Source: a phage. Taken from it: a stretch of DNA of 64,000 bases. The position numbers were made by a program, and so were the translations under genes. Within the stretch, counting starts at the first letter, position 1, and every line of letters starts with the position of its first letter. Below the pieces are notes generated by a model. The model did not search any database and was not told the origin of the DNA. It saw nothing but the letters and a program-made list of their open reading frames with translations. Location: the NCBI GenBank assembly GCA_024613925.1, contig GCA_024613925.1_4713.1; one strand, written 5' to 3'. Below, one piece after another: positions 50,771 to 61,422 of the stretch.

Positions 50771-52852
50771 ATGTTGGATAGAATCAATCGTTTAATGAAC
50801 CGAATAACGGTTAAAAATCAGAGTAACAATACCGTGCATATCGGGGGTATCGATGCCTGGCGTCTTTCAGATGACATTCAGCGAATATGGGGTACCTCCC
50901 GATTTATGAAACATATGTTTCGTAATTTCTCTTCTAGTGGACTCAGTCTCCACAACTTTTACCTTCCCGATTTCGTTTATATTCTCGAAACGATCATCGA
51001 GGCAAAGAATACTCGCAGTAATAAACGCATGCTGAAACACCTTATTGAGGTACTGCTGCAGGAAACCTGGTTGCAAAATACCACAATCGAGCAACCTGCA
51101 ATCCTCGATAAAGCACGCATGAACAAAATGCTAACGCTCTCCCTGTTCGATTATCAAGATGAGTTTATCGACATCTATAACCGTAACGTACCTAAATATC
51201 GACTGAAAGGATACGTGTGCGCGATGGGTGCGGGTGCGGGTAAAACAATCACCGCATTGGCTTTAAGCGCCGCAATGAACGTCGATGTATTTGTGGTTTG
51301 CTGTCCTAAGAACACCATGCGTTCAGCATGGCAATCCGATGTAAACAAAGCCATCGTTGACCCTGCAACAGAAACCGCGTTCTGGTCAGATACAATGCCC
51401 CCATCACAGCTGCAGAAAAGCGATAAGTATTATTTTCTGCATTACGAGTCGATGGGTTTATTAAACGAAGTAATGATCAAGCATAAACGCACAGCGAAGC
51501 GCGTGTTGATCGTGGTTGACGAAAGCCATAACTTCAACGACAAGAACAGCCAACGTTCCCAACGACTGGTTGATCTCGTACAGACGATGCGTCAGACCAT
51601 GAATGCGGATGTGCATGTCTTGTTTATGTCGGGTACGCCTGTTAAACAGATGGGTTCTGAGATGATCCCCTGTTTAGGTTGTATCGACCCGATGTTCCAA
51701 GGACAGGTGGTCGATAGCTTCAAAGCAATTTACGGTTTAACCAGCAGTCGCGCTAACGATATCCTCAGACATCGTCTTGGGTTCATGATGCATGTCGTAC
51801 CTAAAGAGGCTTACCGTAAAACCCGTCCGGAAGTTCAGGATGTTTACGTGAAGCTTCCTAACGGTAGCGATTATACCATCTCGAGCATTCGTGACGATAT
51901 GGCGATATTTGTACGCGATCGGGCGAAGTATTACAAGGATAACTGGGGGCATTACAGAAAGATTTTTGATGACGCGTTGGACTACTATCGCAAGACTATT
52001 CGTACCGATGGTGAACGTAAAGAGCTATCTCGATACGAATCGATTGTTGCTCGTTTCCAGAAAGGTTACGACCCCGTCAGAGACAAAGAAGATGCGATGT
52101 TCTGCAACACGTTTGAAAAACGAGCGATCATGCCGGTTCTTCCTTCCGATTTAAGGGTTGCTTTCAAAGACGCCAAGAGCGTCATCAAGTACGTTGGGTT
52201 GAAAATTCAGGGTGAAGCGTTGGCGCGTGTTCTAGGTGCAGCCCGCATTCGGTGTCATGTCGACATGGTGGAATACATCGACTTCGAAGGGTACATCAAC
52301 AACGCTGAAGCCAAGGTGTTGATCTTCACGTCGTATGTTCAGGTGGTTGAGCGCGTCGACAACCTGCTTCGTGATGCGGGTTTCTTACCTGAACCCATTT
52401 ACGGGAAGACCAACAAGAACATCAACCAGATACTTGTTCGTCTACGGGACGATCCTGACAGCGGTCCCGCTATCGCAACATTTGATAGCTTAGCTGAAGG
52501 GGTTCCGATGCTGATGTGTAATGTGGGTCTTTTCCTGAACAACCCGTGGCGTTCGTCCGATGAAATCCAAGCCATCAGCCGTCTCGATCGTGTAGGGCAA
52601 ACGCAACCTGTTCGGATTTATCGTTTCATGTTGGATACAGGAAGCGAGGGTAACGTTTCTACACGTAGCCACGAAATCATGGAGTTAAGTCGGCAGCTTG
52701 TTGAAGAAATCACGGGTGTCAAATACGTGGTGAACAAGCAAGACGATGTTAACTTGCAAGAAACGTTGGCGATGGAAGGATACGATCAATACGTTACCGT
52801 AAACACCACGGAATACGATATTAAACCGCGACCTGCGTTCTTGGAATGGTAA
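50771..52852 (+). CDS. SNF2-family (SF2) helicase/ATPase
   Basis: Walker A GAGAGKT, DExH VVDESHN, C-terminal QAISRLDRVGQ; start set at ATG 50771 downstream of hairpin. Confidence 0.7.
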   Translation: MLDRINRLMNRITVKNQSNNTVHIGGIDAWRLSDDIQRIWGTSRFMKHMFRNFSSSGLSLHNFYLPDFVYILETIIEAKNTRSNKRMLKHLIEVLLQETWLQNTTIEQPAILDKARMNKMLTLSLFDYQDEFIDIYNRNVPKYRLKGYVCAMGAGAGKTITALALSAAMNVDVFVVCCPKNTMRSAWQSDVNKAIVDPATETAFWSDTMPPSQLQKSDKYYFLHYESMGLLNEVMIKHKRTAKRVLIVVDESHNFNDKNSQRSQRLVDLVQTMRQTMNADVHVLFMSGTPVKQMGSEMIPCLGCIDPMFQGQVVDSFKAIYGLTSSRANDILRHRLGFMMHVVPKEAYRKTRPEVQDVYVKLPNGSDYTISSIRDDMAIFVRDRAKYYKDNWGHYRKIFDDALDYYRKTIRTDGERKELSRYESIVARFQKGYDPVRDKEDAMFCNTFEKRAIMPVLPSDLRVAFKDAKSVIKYVGLKIQGEALARVLGAARIRCHVDMVEYIDFEGYINNAEAKVLIFTSYVQVVERVDNLLRDAGFLPEPIYGKTNKNINQILVRLRDDPDSGPAIATFDSLAEGVPMLMCNVGLFLNNPWRSSDEIQAISRLDRVGQTQPVRIYRFMLDTGSEGNVSTRSHEIMELSRQLVEEITGVKYVVNKQDDVNLQETLAMEGYDQYVTVNTTEYDIKPRPAFLEW

Positions 52853-52860
52853 TTAAGAAG

Positions 52861-52886
52861 CTCTGCCTGATGTCAGGCAGAGCTTT
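52861..52886 (+). terminator. hairpin ctctgcct gatgtc aggcagag followed by CTTTATGCTG
   Basis: 8-bp stem 9 nt after helicase stop. Confidence 0.55.
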
Positions 52887-52912
52887 ATGCTGCGTTCGCT
52901 GCAAAATCGTAT

Positions 52913-52926
52913 GACGTATATACGTC
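52913..52926 (+). promoter_or_regulatory. perfect 14-bp palindrome gacgtatatacgtc, 27 nt upstream of fibre gene start
   Basis: Read from sequence. Confidence 0.3.
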
Positions 52927-52952
52927 GTAATTATTAAAATAGGGCAGAATAC

Positions 52953-54410
52953 ATGAAACTCAAACAAAGCTGGAAAGACGAACTTCTCGCGTTAGTAAAT
53001 AGCAAAAACGGTTTACAGCTGACATTAGCCGACGTAAAATTTGAACTAACTGAACCGGTAAGCGAAGTGCCCGGAACGGTTGTTGTTACGATCAAACCGA
53101 ACGATAATAGCCGTTACTTTAACGAGCAGTCTCTGACCTACATCCGTCGAGACATCGCTAAAAACTTCACCGGGATCCCGTTACGGGTTATCGTTAAAAA
53201 TGATACTGCTGTACGGGATATCATCAACACGATCGCCGAACGTTACGGATTAGTATTTGACACAACCGTCGACTTCCTCGAATCCGAGCTGAATAAACAA
53301 ATTACGTTCGAAGACACCGGTATTAAAGACATTACGGTTCCGGTTGCAAACACGTCTTATGTTTGGGCTGGTAATCTTCAGTTCAATATCGCTAACGATA
53401 CGTTGAGCTTGATTACAATCATCAAGCAAACCAATCTTACGAATCTGGTTTATCTGGATGGTGTTGAAGCTGACACATCGGGTTCGTTACTATTAGCGAC
53501 GGCCTCGATTATTGACGATACCGGAAATACCGAAGCGGCTGAAGGTATCCTTGACGCCGCGTACTTCCAGAATGTCCTGAACGTCATGGTTCGTTATGGT
53601 GATATTACCAGCGAACAAATGCAACAAGCAATGCAGACAATTAACCAAAGCGAAGACGCACGTAAAGTAGTGACGAGGTCATACGGTGACGTCGAATTAC
53701 TGGTAACCGCCAAGAAAGATTGGGTTATCGGTAGCCTTAAGGGTGTTATGGCTGTTGTTCGCGTTCTACCTAAACCAATCCAATACGTTTTTAAAACAAA
53801 AGGCGGCAGCGTTGCAATGTCATTAGCAGGTTGGAAAAATGTTTCCATCGATTGGGGTGATGGGACTAAGACGACGGAGACCGCCAGCAATAATGAATAT
53901 CGGCACTACTATGCGGACGGTGACACTACAGAACGTACGGTCGTCGCTACGGGTACTCCCTCCATAATCGTCGATACATCCGCAATGCATGGCTTCATTG
54001 GTGAAAACATCACTGAAATCGTTGACTGGAACAACGGATTACCTTACGCCCCAGTATACCTTTCGAGGTACAATTTAATTAAGGTTCCCGATTATATCCC
54101 GTCATATTGGACATCGTTAAATGGTATGTTTATGCAATGCCGCGCTCTTAACGACGTGAACATCACCAAATGGAACACCAGCAACATTACTTCAATGGAT
54201 AACCTCTTCTACAATTGCGCTGCGTTCAATCAGCCGATCGGTTCGTGGGATGTTTCGTCTGTTAAGAGTGTAAACAATATGTTGTCTGGGTGCTCCGCGT
54301 TCAATCAGGATCTGAGTGGTTGGACATTCCCGGCAGGCACTTCACACATCGACTACGACAACACTACCCACGCATGGCAGTCCGATTACAAACCACACTT
54401 CACCGAGTAA
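52953..54410 (+). CDS. receptor-binding protein: N-terminal adapter module plus C-terminal BspA-like leucine-rich repeats (paralog E)
   Basis: N-terminus closely matches paralog C (SLTYIRRDIAKNFTGIPLRVIV, AERYGLVFD); repeats KWNTSNITSMDNLFYNCAAFNQPIGSWDVSSVKSVNNMLSGCSAFNQDLSGW. Confidence 0.65.
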   Translation: MKLKQSWKDELLALVNSKNGLQLTLADVKFELTEPVSEVPGTVVVTIKPNDNSRYFNEQSLTYIRRDIAKNFTGIPLRVIVKNDTAVRDIINTIAERYGLVFDTTVDFLESELNKQITFEDTGIKDITVPVANTSYVWAGNLQFNIANDTLSLITIIKQTNLTNLVYLDGVEADTSGSLLLATASIIDDTGNTEAAEGILDAAYFQNVLNVMVRYGDITSEQMQQAMQTINQSEDARKVVTRSYGDVELLVTAKKDWVIGSLKGVMAVVRVLPKPIQYVFKTKGGSVAMSLAGWKNVSIDWGDGTKTTETASNNEYRHYYADGDTTERTVVATGTPSIIVDTSAMHGFIGENITEIVDWNNGLPYAPVYLSRYNLIKVPDYIPSYWTSLNGMFMQCRALNDVNITKWNTSNITSMDNLFYNCAAFNQPIGSWDVSSVKSVNNMLSGCSAFNQDLSGWTFPAGTSHIDYDNTTHAWQSDYKPHFTE

Positions 54411-54431
54411 AAAAAAAAATAGTTAGCACAT

Positions 54432-54464
54432 CTTCCTCCCTACCCATAACGGGCGGGGAGGAAG
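54432..54464. terminator. GC-rich hairpin cttcctccc...gggaggaag between convergent genes; A9 run at 54411-54419
   Basis: 9-bp stem with inner ccc/ggg; followed on plus strand by TTTATGTC. Confidence 0.55.
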
Positions 54465-54481
54465 GTTTATGTCAATTTAAT

Positions 54482-54820
54482 TTAGAACCAGAGTTCTTTC
54501 ATGAGATAGGCTTCCATATCGTAGATAAGCCATTCGTCAGGGATTTCTAAAGGATCGTCTTCGGTTAAGGTCAGCATGTGCAGAGCGAACGCACGCTTAA
54601 TATCGTTCAGCAGTTTCTCGTCGTCGTAACCTTCGGGTAGTTTACGGTCAACCAGCTGGGTTTGTTTATAGACGTCGCGGAACGCTTCAGGGCTGTGTTT
54701 ATCCATCGGGAATTGTTCAGCAGCCTGAACCATCGAAAGCGTCCAGCTTACAACATTGTAACGCTCACCGTTAATTTCACTGAACTGATCATCGATTAAA
54801 CAGATTTGTTGTACGTTCAT
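54482..54820 (-). CDS. hypothetical protein
   Basis: 112-aa ORF. Confidence 0.45.
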   Translation of the reverse strand: MNVQQICLIDDQFSEINGERYNVVSWTLSMVQAAEQFPMDKHSPEAFRDVYKQTQLVDRKLPEGYDDEKLLNDIKRAFALHMLTLTEDDPLEIPDEWLIYDMEAYLMKELWF

Positions 54821-55710
54821 TCATTTTCTCCATTCTTATCTTGGTCGCAATCACACTCTTCGATGTCTTTCTTACTTAAACGTAAGACACTGAGTGCAGC
54901 ATGCTTAAGTTCTTGCAACGCGCTTTTCAGCTGACCTTCTTCATCGAAATCAAAATACTTCTCGTTGTAGCTTAACGCTGGAATCATATTTACGAGAGGT
55001 TCGATGGCGGGCATCAGCATTTCAATGACGACCTTAGGATCAACAAAGCGATCGAACCCTTCAGGAAGTTTGCTCGCTACAACCTTATCGTTTTTGATGT
55101 AGAATTTGTTCTTGAACAAATCGTCAAGAATAGCATTCTCTTCATCCGTACGTTTTGCGTAAGGACGATCGATCATCTGCACAAACACACCGCTCAACGC
55201 TTCAGGCAACGTCGGATTTTCACGAAGATAAGTTCCAGCCGGAATTTCAATATCGATCTTCGTCCACTCAACAACCTGATGGTCTCGCGTATAGATGACG
55301 TCAACTTCCCATGCCAGGCCATCAGCGCTTTCTACGGTGTAACGTGTTTTCGCCTGTCCTTCAGGAGCCATGCGTTCGATCGCGTCAAACATCTCGACTG
55401 GAATTTCGACTTCGCTTTCCGTTGCGTCACCTGGACCACGATACACCTTCGTGGTCATGATGTATTTCGGTTCTTCGTTATCGATCTGTATCGCACGTGC
55501 TCGTACTTGACCTTTCACACCACCAACAGCCGTGTTATCAAACAACCATTGATGTTGCACCATATGTTCGATTTTTGATGCGACTTGACGAAGACGTTCA
55601 ACACCGTCTTCAGCCAGTTTGCCAAAGAAGACCAGCTCACGTTCCTGCTGTGTCTCACCACTTAACATCATTAAATTGGCGATTTGTTTCACGCCTCTTA
55701 CTTGTGACAT
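54817..55710 (-). CDS. hypothetical protein
   Basis: 297-aa ORF. Confidence 0.5.
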   Translation of the reverse strand: MSQVRGVKQIANLMMLSGETQQERELVFFGKLAEDGVERLRQVASKIEHMVQHQWLFDNTAVGGVKGQVRARAIQIDNEEPKYIMTTKVYRGPGDATESEVEIPVEMFDAIERMAPEGQAKTRYTVESADGLAWEVDVIYTRDHQVVEWTKIDIEIPAGTYLRENPTLPEALSGVFVQMIDRPYAKRTDEENAILDDLFKNKFYIKNDKVVASKLPEGFDRFVDPKVVIEMLMPAIEPLVNMIPALSYNEKYFDFDEEGQLKSALQELKHAALSVLRLSKKDIEECDCDQDKNGENE

Positions 55711-55779
55711 ACATGCTCCGGTTATAAGGGCCTACATCGAGGCCCCTCATTGATTTTTTGATTCCATCAAACGCTATCG

Positions 55780-57354
55780 TTACAATTCAAAATCTTCATC
55801 GATAACGCGCTGGGTAAGCACTTTGTCGCTGAAGAACTCCACCTTGCGCTGATGGTATTTACGGTGCGCTTCAATAGAAGTACATACCAGATACCAGAAC
55901 GTTGGTGTCATTCCTTCAAACTTCCCTTTCAGCTGACGCAGTCGCCCCAACACCTGAATGTTACCGGTTCGTGACCCCATCGCTAATGTCATGAACGTCA
56001 TCACCAAGTCAGGAAGGTCGATACCTGTACCTGCCGATTTCACGGTTGTAACGCTGATATCGTTATCCAACAAGACCATGAAATCTTCTTCAGCAGTATA
56101 AGGACCAATCTCTAACTCAGGAATACGTTCACTGAGATAATGCGATAACGACTTACACATATCAACGGTTGCACAATACACCAGCATCTTCATACCTTCC
56201 TGATACTGGTTCATGAAACCTTTGATGATAACCGTATAGATAAAGTTGAAATAGGCGAGTTTGAGTTGCTTGTTCTTCATGATAGACTGTTCGAATATCG
56301 TGTGAGAATAAGAACCCCCAAACCCTTTGTATCTGACTTTATCTGTACTGCGTAGTCGATACGTCACGGCATTTACCGCAATGTATTTCTTGTATTCGCA
56401 TTTCGCATAACGCGCTTCTTTCGGATACATCAAATACAACATCCGCTCGATGAACGGATCGTCAGACACCGCTGTTGCCGACAGATAGATGATTTCCGGA
56501 ATATTTGCATAGCACTTCACTTTGAACAAGAAATGCAAGGCTTCATGGCATTCATCGTGGATCAACAACCCAATACCTGTTTTCTCCCAGAACTCGGCGG
56601 GATGGAAAACATAAGGTGCGACACAATTGTTCTTTTCATAATCGGTTATGTATCTCTGAAACATGTTCAGCGAGAATAACGCAATTTTGAAATCCAGCTC
56701 ACCTTGTTCCACCAACGTCTGGAATTCCAGCATGCTGTAACGAGGAATGTCTGGATGCGGTGGGTCAGATTGGGCTGTACCGCGTATCTCGATAACATCG
56801 CCTGGTTCCATACCGAAGAAACTTAGCAACGAGCTGCGCCATCCAGGCATGTATCTCGGTGACAGAATAATGCCCGTCCGTACACCACGTCGGAAGGTGA
56901 TCTCCTGCGACATGGCTGTTTTACCACTGCCCGTGCCTGCGGTGTTTAGGCTCATTCTGAAGGGGGTATCCTTACCCCCATCCATGTACTCCAACCATTC
57001 TTGCTGATCTTCGCGCCACGGGAACTTCCATTTCTTTACGAACTCCACTTCCTTACCTGGCACCGGATCGTGATAAACGATTTCCAACCACTCTTTTCGG
57101 ATTCCTCGAGAGAAGATAAAATCCAAAAACGATTTCAACTGTTCACGGAGTAAGTATACCTCGCTATAATCGCTTCTTGCCGCGGCATACGTGTTTATGG
57201 TATCGGTAACCATTCTCCGTGTACGAGGGTCACGTCGTTTCCTCAGATGCAAACAACGGTCTCGAAGGTAATGGCCGATAAGATGGGCAAATCGAAGTCC
57301 GTATCCGCTCAGCCTCATGCCATGCGAGAAGACGTCGATACGAGCTAACTTCAT
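55780..57354 (-). CDS. DEAD/DEAH-box-like SF2 helicase
   Basis: Walker A GTGSGKT, motif II LIHDECHE, motif III SAT, TAT... GRLRQ. Confidence 0.65.
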   Translation of the reverse strand: MKLARIDVFSHGMRLSGYGLRFAHLIGHYLRDRCLHLRKRRDPRTRRMVTDTINTYAAARSDYSEVYLLREQLKSFLDFIFSRGIRKEWLEIVYHDPVPGKEVEFVKKWKFPWREDQQEWLEYMDGGKDTPFRMSLNTAGTGSGKTAMSQEITFRRGVRTGIILSPRYMPGWRSSLLSFFGMEPGDVIEIRGTAQSDPPHPDIPRYSMLEFQTLVEQGELDFKIALFSLNMFQRYITDYEKNNCVAPYVFHPAEFWEKTGIGLLIHDECHEALHFLFKVKCYANIPEIIYLSATAVSDDPFIERMLYLMYPKEARYAKCEYKKYIAVNAVTYRLRSTDKVRYKGFGGSYSHTIFEQSIMKNKQLKLAYFNFIYTVIIKGFMNQYQEGMKMLVYCATVDMCKSLSHYLSERIPELEIGPYTAEEDFMVLLDNDISVTTVKSAGTGIDLPDLVMTFMTLAMGSRTGNIQVLGRLRQLKGKFEGMTPTFWYLVCTSIEAHRKYHQRKVEFFSDKVLTQRVIDEDFEL

Positions 57355-59357
57355 AACGTGATTACATCCTCCGGTTTAGGTTCTTTACGCGGTAACAGCA
57401 TGTAGTCGATCGGATGATCCGGCTTCATGGTTGGGATATAACTGTTCGGGTTTTGGAACGCATCCAGCTGCTCTTGGTGAGCGAACTTCATACTCAAGGA
57501 GCGCATGTTCATGTTCTTCTTGAAGGTACTGAAGTATCGTGTTGTTCCCTGTTTCGGCATGCGATAATCTTTCGTGTGTGGCGAACGAATCATGCTGGCG
57601 TAGAGAATAACATCGAGATGCGAAAGGTTCATTCGCAGACGCTGGGCACACAGACGATGCCAATAGTACAGCACGTTTGCAACTTCCTCCGGTGTTGCTT
57701 CGTCTTCCGAGAGGAATCCGGCACTGAAAGAACATTTCCCGAATTTGAACTCACGTTCGATTTCTTTTGCGTACTCCATCATGTTTTTGTGGATTAACGG
57801 CATCTGGAATAACGTACGTGAATTGTCCCAGTGTTTCAAGTCGAAAATCACAATCCCGTCAGACGTCACTTCCCAGCTATGGCGTTTGAGGTAACGGATA
57901 AACGCTTTACTCGGTACAACAGGACGACCACAGAAATCGAAATTGACTTTGAGCTTACGATAGCTTTCATCTTTCCTGTCGTAAATCTCCATATCGCAAA
58001 GCGTCATGTTAAACAGACGTTGCGGTATCAGCGAACTGATTTCTTCCGCTTCCGCTACGTCATACAACATGTTCGCAAGACCTAACTTCATCTTAATCAA
58101 CACGTGTTTACCTTTCAGCTCACGTGCGAGTTTGATGTCGTTCATGTTCTGGCTGTAGCGAAGGATATGTTGATATTCCGGTGGGATTGGTGCTGTGGAT
58201 ACCGTTGACGAACCATCGTGATGTTTGGTAGAAAGAATGTTCTGCGTTACCTGTTGCGAACAGGTACGTGCTGCACCATCACCGACATTATCAGTCAATG
58301 CGAAGTTATGACTTAATTCACCGTAACACGTCGTACATACCCCAGCAGGATCGGGATGATGACAATAGTTAACGGAGCGCATGCGTACCGTCGTACCAAT
58401 CAATTCTTTCATGTGTGGCTGTATCGCTACCAACGAACCGTCATCACGAATAATGAATCGACCGTGGAAGCCACGCAGGTCGGTCTCATCACGGATTGGC
58501 ATCGGGATGGTCTCTTTACTACCACAATCACCAGGATGGAGTCGCTGTACAACCGCCGTCGCTATCTGAAGTTCACGACCGAAATATTCAGACTTTTTAA
58601 TCTGCTCTTTGTTGAACAGCAACGATTTCGCCGCAGAACGACTTTCTTTCAAGCTGTCAGGAAGAGAGATCAAACCGGCTGCATACGACCGCATTACCGG
58701 ATCGCGGAATATCTCGGAGTTAATATCGGTCAAGAATCCACGCATCCCAATACACTGCAGCACCTGCCCAATCGAAACGTGTTCGGTTCTTACCGCACGT
58801 GCAATAGGGTTTGCATGTAGCGTTTTATCGGTGCTCAGTACCTTCGTCAGTTTCTTGTATGCGCTTTCAATGCCTTCGCGGGTGGGTTCCGCTTCGGCGA
58901 TGATTTTCTTAACTTCGGGATGTACGGTAATCTGATAAAAATCGTCCGCGCAAATCGTTGTTACGTATTCCTCCAACGCATACGTAAAGAAGTTATATAC
59001 ATTGTTAAACATATCGAACAATGCTTTCCAGAGAACCTCACGATTCTCTTGCGGATAAGCATACATGCATTGACGATACGCGGCGCTTTGCAACGCAACC
59101 GATGAACCCGCTGTGAACTTGCGTTTATCAACCAGGTTCTCTTTTGTCAGTGGGGTCTCAGGATACATGCGATGCACAGACCAGTGCATGTAACTAAAGA
59201 AAATGCGTCGCGCACGCAATTCATGAACGCCATCGTCCATCTCGATATACACACGGTCATTAGGCTGTGCCCACTCGAACACCTCATCAACCGGCCAATG
59301 CATAAGCTCGCGTGCCCTCACACGACGTTTCGTGGTGGTTGTCTGTGTTGTAATCAT
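57351..59357 (-). CDS. RNA polymerase beta-prime-like subunit, C-terminal portion (bridge helix and trigger-loop region)
   Basis: By-eye alignment to bacterial RpoC: GMRG (bridge helix) and RSVNYCHHPDPAGVCTTCYGEL...GDGAARTCSQQVTQNILSTKHHDG vs RSVVSCDTDFGVCAHCYG...IGEPGTQLTMRTFHIGG. Confidence 0.6.
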   Translation of the reverse strand: MITTQTTTTKRRVRARELMHWPVDEVFEWAQPNDRVYIEMDDGVHELRARRIFFSYMHWSVHRMYPETPLTKENLVDKRKFTAGSSVALQSAAYRQCMYAYPQENREVLWKALFDMFNNVYNFFTYALEEYVTTICADDFYQITVHPEVKKIIAEAEPTREGIESAYKKLTKVLSTDKTLHANPIARAVRTEHVSIGQVLQCIGMRGFLTDINSEIFRDPVMRSYAAGLISLPDSLKESRSAAKSLLFNKEQIKKSEYFGRELQIATAVVQRLHPGDCGSKETIPMPIRDETDLRGFHGRFIIRDDGSLVAIQPHMKELIGTTVRMRSVNYCHHPDPAGVCTTCYGELSHNFALTDNVGDGAARTCSQQVTQNILSTKHHDGSSTVSTAPIPPEYQHILRYSQNMNDIKLARELKGKHVLIKMKLGLANMLYDVAEAEEISSLIPQRLFNMTLCDMEIYDRKDESYRKLKVNFDFCGRPVVPSKAFIRYLKRHSWEVTSDGIVIFDLKHWDNSRTLFQMPLIHKNMMEYAKEIEREFKFGKCSFSAGFLSEDEATPEEVANVLYYWHRLCAQRLRMNLSHLDVILYASMIRSPHTKDYRMPKQGTTRYFSTFKKNMNMRSLSMKFAHQEQLDAFQNPNSYIPTMKPDHPIDYMLLPRKEPKPEDVITL

Positions 59358-59502
59358 TATTACTTTCCGATTTAAATGGTTTTATCATACGGTTTACCAA
59401 TTCCGTTGGAATTTACTATCATCATGATAGCATCGGGAATCCCTTCTCTTAGGTTATGTAGGTGTTAATATATCTCCACTACCGGAGTAAAAGTCGGCAA
59501 CA

Positions 59503-59988
59503 TTACCCGGCTTTCTGTCGTAGAGCGTACGGATCCATAGCGTCTGATATATCCGAAACAACCGTGAGAATGAAGCCCTTTATCTGTCTCACTTCGGTCA
59601 CACGCAATCCTTTATCGTTACGATATACGTTTTCTTCACCAACCAACTTTGGTCGGATAACATAAACGCCATCAACAAACGGGAATGTCGAATACGGATA
59701 AACACCAATAGAAATGATGTTTGGATAATCGCCTCGAAGGTCACGTCCGAACTTATCGACTCGACCATAAATCGTTCCATCCGCACCCTCCACTTCAATG
59801 AGGTCGTTACGAATATCCTGAAATAGCTGTTCTAAGGTGTCGACAGGATACGTATATGCGACGCCTAACGCAGGATCCTCGATCGTTTTGACATTGAATC
59901 CGTTAAGCCAAACAATCCGTTCATTCGCCCATGTTTCTTCATATACCGTTAACCCATCGCCGTATATGTTGGCGTGTACTATCTCCAT
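59503..59988 (-). CDS. hypothetical protein
   Basis: 161-aa ORF. Confidence 0.45.
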   Translation of the reverse strand: MEIVHANIYGDGLTVYEETWANERIVWLNGFNVKTIEDPALGVAYTYPVDTLEQLFQDIRNDLIEVEGADGTIYGRVDKFGRDLRGDYPNIISIGVYPYSTFPFVDGVYVIRPKLVGEENVYRNDKGLRVTEVRQIKGFILTVVSDISDAMDPYALRQKAG

Positions 59989-60102
59989 AATCTCATTTCC
60001 TCTTCTACGTAGAAATAGATGACATGTTGGATATACGTTGCCTTTGCATATATTGCTTTATTTCCGTCAGAAATAACGGAAAATAAAAACAACGACATAA
60101 TT

Positions 60103-60132
60103 CCCTCCCACCTCCACATGGGAGAGGGAGGG
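60103..60132 (-). terminator. GC-rich hairpin ccctccc...cacatggg...gggaggg, followed on minus strand by AATTATGTC
   Basis: Imperfect stem read from sequence. Confidence 0.5.
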
Positions 60133-60145
60133 TTATTCGTGTTTA

Positions 60146-60508
60146 TTATTCTACGCTGTCTTCTTCCGTATCGTCCTCTTCAGAACCATCGAATGTTTTC
60201 ATTGTGACGGTGGTATCCCAGTTAGCTGCGTAATCGGCCATCGCTTCACGCAATGCTTCTTCACCAGCATCACCAGCCAGGTCAAGTACAACCAAACCCT
60301 GTGCGACGTTTTGAGCAACGGTATCAATAACGGTTGCATCTTCTTCAAAACTACGTACGGGTTCAATGGTACCTACATCAACAGCGTAGTTCGTGGTTGC
60401 TGTAAACACGGCGACTTGTAGCGCATTGCTATCTTCATCATGCAGTGCTGCTTCAATACCGATTGGACGAGCCAGTTCTTGCAGTGTTAATTTGCGAATT
60501 AAGTTCAT
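60146..60508 (-). CDS. hypothetical acidic protein
   Basis: 120-aa ORF. Confidence 0.45.
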   Translation of the reverse strand: MNLIRKLTLQELARPIGIEAALHDEDSNALQVAVFTATTNYAVDVGTIEPVRSFEEDATVIDTVAQNVAQGLVVLDLAGDAGEEALREAMADYAANWDTTVTMKTFDGSEEDDTEEDSVE

Positions 60509-60530
60509 TATGTTTTTCCTCAGGTGAATG

Positions 60531-60881
60531 TTAGCAATCGTTTAAAACTTTTTCGATACGATGGTTGACGAATTCATTGAACGACTCTTCGGCTTGTTCG
60601 ATAATTTCATCAACATCGATATCTAATTGTTGGGGTTGGATAACATGCTCTTTCATGGTTTCCAGCCAGTATTCAGCTTTAACCATAACGTTAGCGACGT
60701 GTTCGACCTGGCTGCGTATGTCGACGATCTGGCAATCAGGATTGTTAATATCGATGATGTGTCCGTGGTGTTTGATAAACCCTAACTTATTCGACGCCCT
60801 TACCGCATCGCGGGCAAGGTCTTGCAAGATTAAATTATTGACGTAGTTCACTGCTATGGAACGATTTTCTTTATCACTCAT
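60531..60881 (-). CDS. hypothetical protein
   Basis: 116-aa ORF. Confidence 0.45.
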   Translation of the reverse strand: MSDKENRSIAVNYVNNLILQDLARDAVRASNKLGFIKHHGHIIDINNPDCQIVDIRSQVEHVANVMVKAEYWLETMKEHVIQPQQLDIDVDEIIEQAEESFNEFVNHRIEKVLNDC

Positions 60882-60960
60882 ACCAGGGATCCTCTTTTAA
60901 GTGTTCACATTCTAGTGTTAAGCAGTTAAAATAAACCGTCCCTTTAATCAGCATAAACAT

Positions 60961-60989
60961 CCTCCTCCCACCACATGGGCAGGAGGAGG
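60961..60989 (-). terminator. GC-rich hairpin cctcctcc...cacatggg...ggaggagg, followed on minus strand by TGTTTATGCTG
   Basis: 8-bp stem. Confidence 0.55.
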
Positions 60990-61000
60990 CGTAATATGCA

Positions 61001-61411
61001 TCAGAAAGGAGGACGATCTTTAAATTCTAGCAATGTATCTTCGAAGCAAGCGATAAGTTCAGACTGCAATTCGGTACGGCCTTGTTCACCGAAGAGTTCC
61101 AGCAACATTAACCCCCGAGCGGTCTTCGTAGCAACCTCTTCGCAGATGCGGAGATCGCGAACTTCATCATCGCCGACATCTTTACGTAACTGCGCTGCAA
61201 TGGGCTTAAGATTGCCGTTTTCATCGTGTTCGTCACGAAATGCATCATAAGCCGCATCGATGTTCGCGATCCGTGTCAATCCTTCAGAATCCCGCCAGTC
61301 TCGATATAATCCAAGCAGACGGTTATGATTCTTCGTTTTGACGTTCGGTGCTGGAAGGTTGCGCAACAGATGTGGTGTAATCATTGCTATCACGCTATCC
61401 GAATGATCCAT
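61001..61411 (-). CDS. hypothetical protein
   Basis: 136-aa ORF. Confidence 0.45.
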   Translation of the reverse strand: MDHSDSVIAMITPHLLRNLPAPNVKTKNHNRLLGLYRDWRDSEGLTRIANIDAAYDAFRDEHDENGNLKPIAAQLRKDVGDDEVRDLRICEEVATKTARGLMLLELFGEQGRTELQSELIACFEDTLLEFKDRPPF

Positions 61412-61422
61412 CGTATACCTCG

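Noticed and set aside
59400-59430. Short palindromic stretch atcatgat within tactatcatcatgatagca as an operator
   Set aside because: Only an 8-bp perfect palindrome; too short to distinguish from chance.
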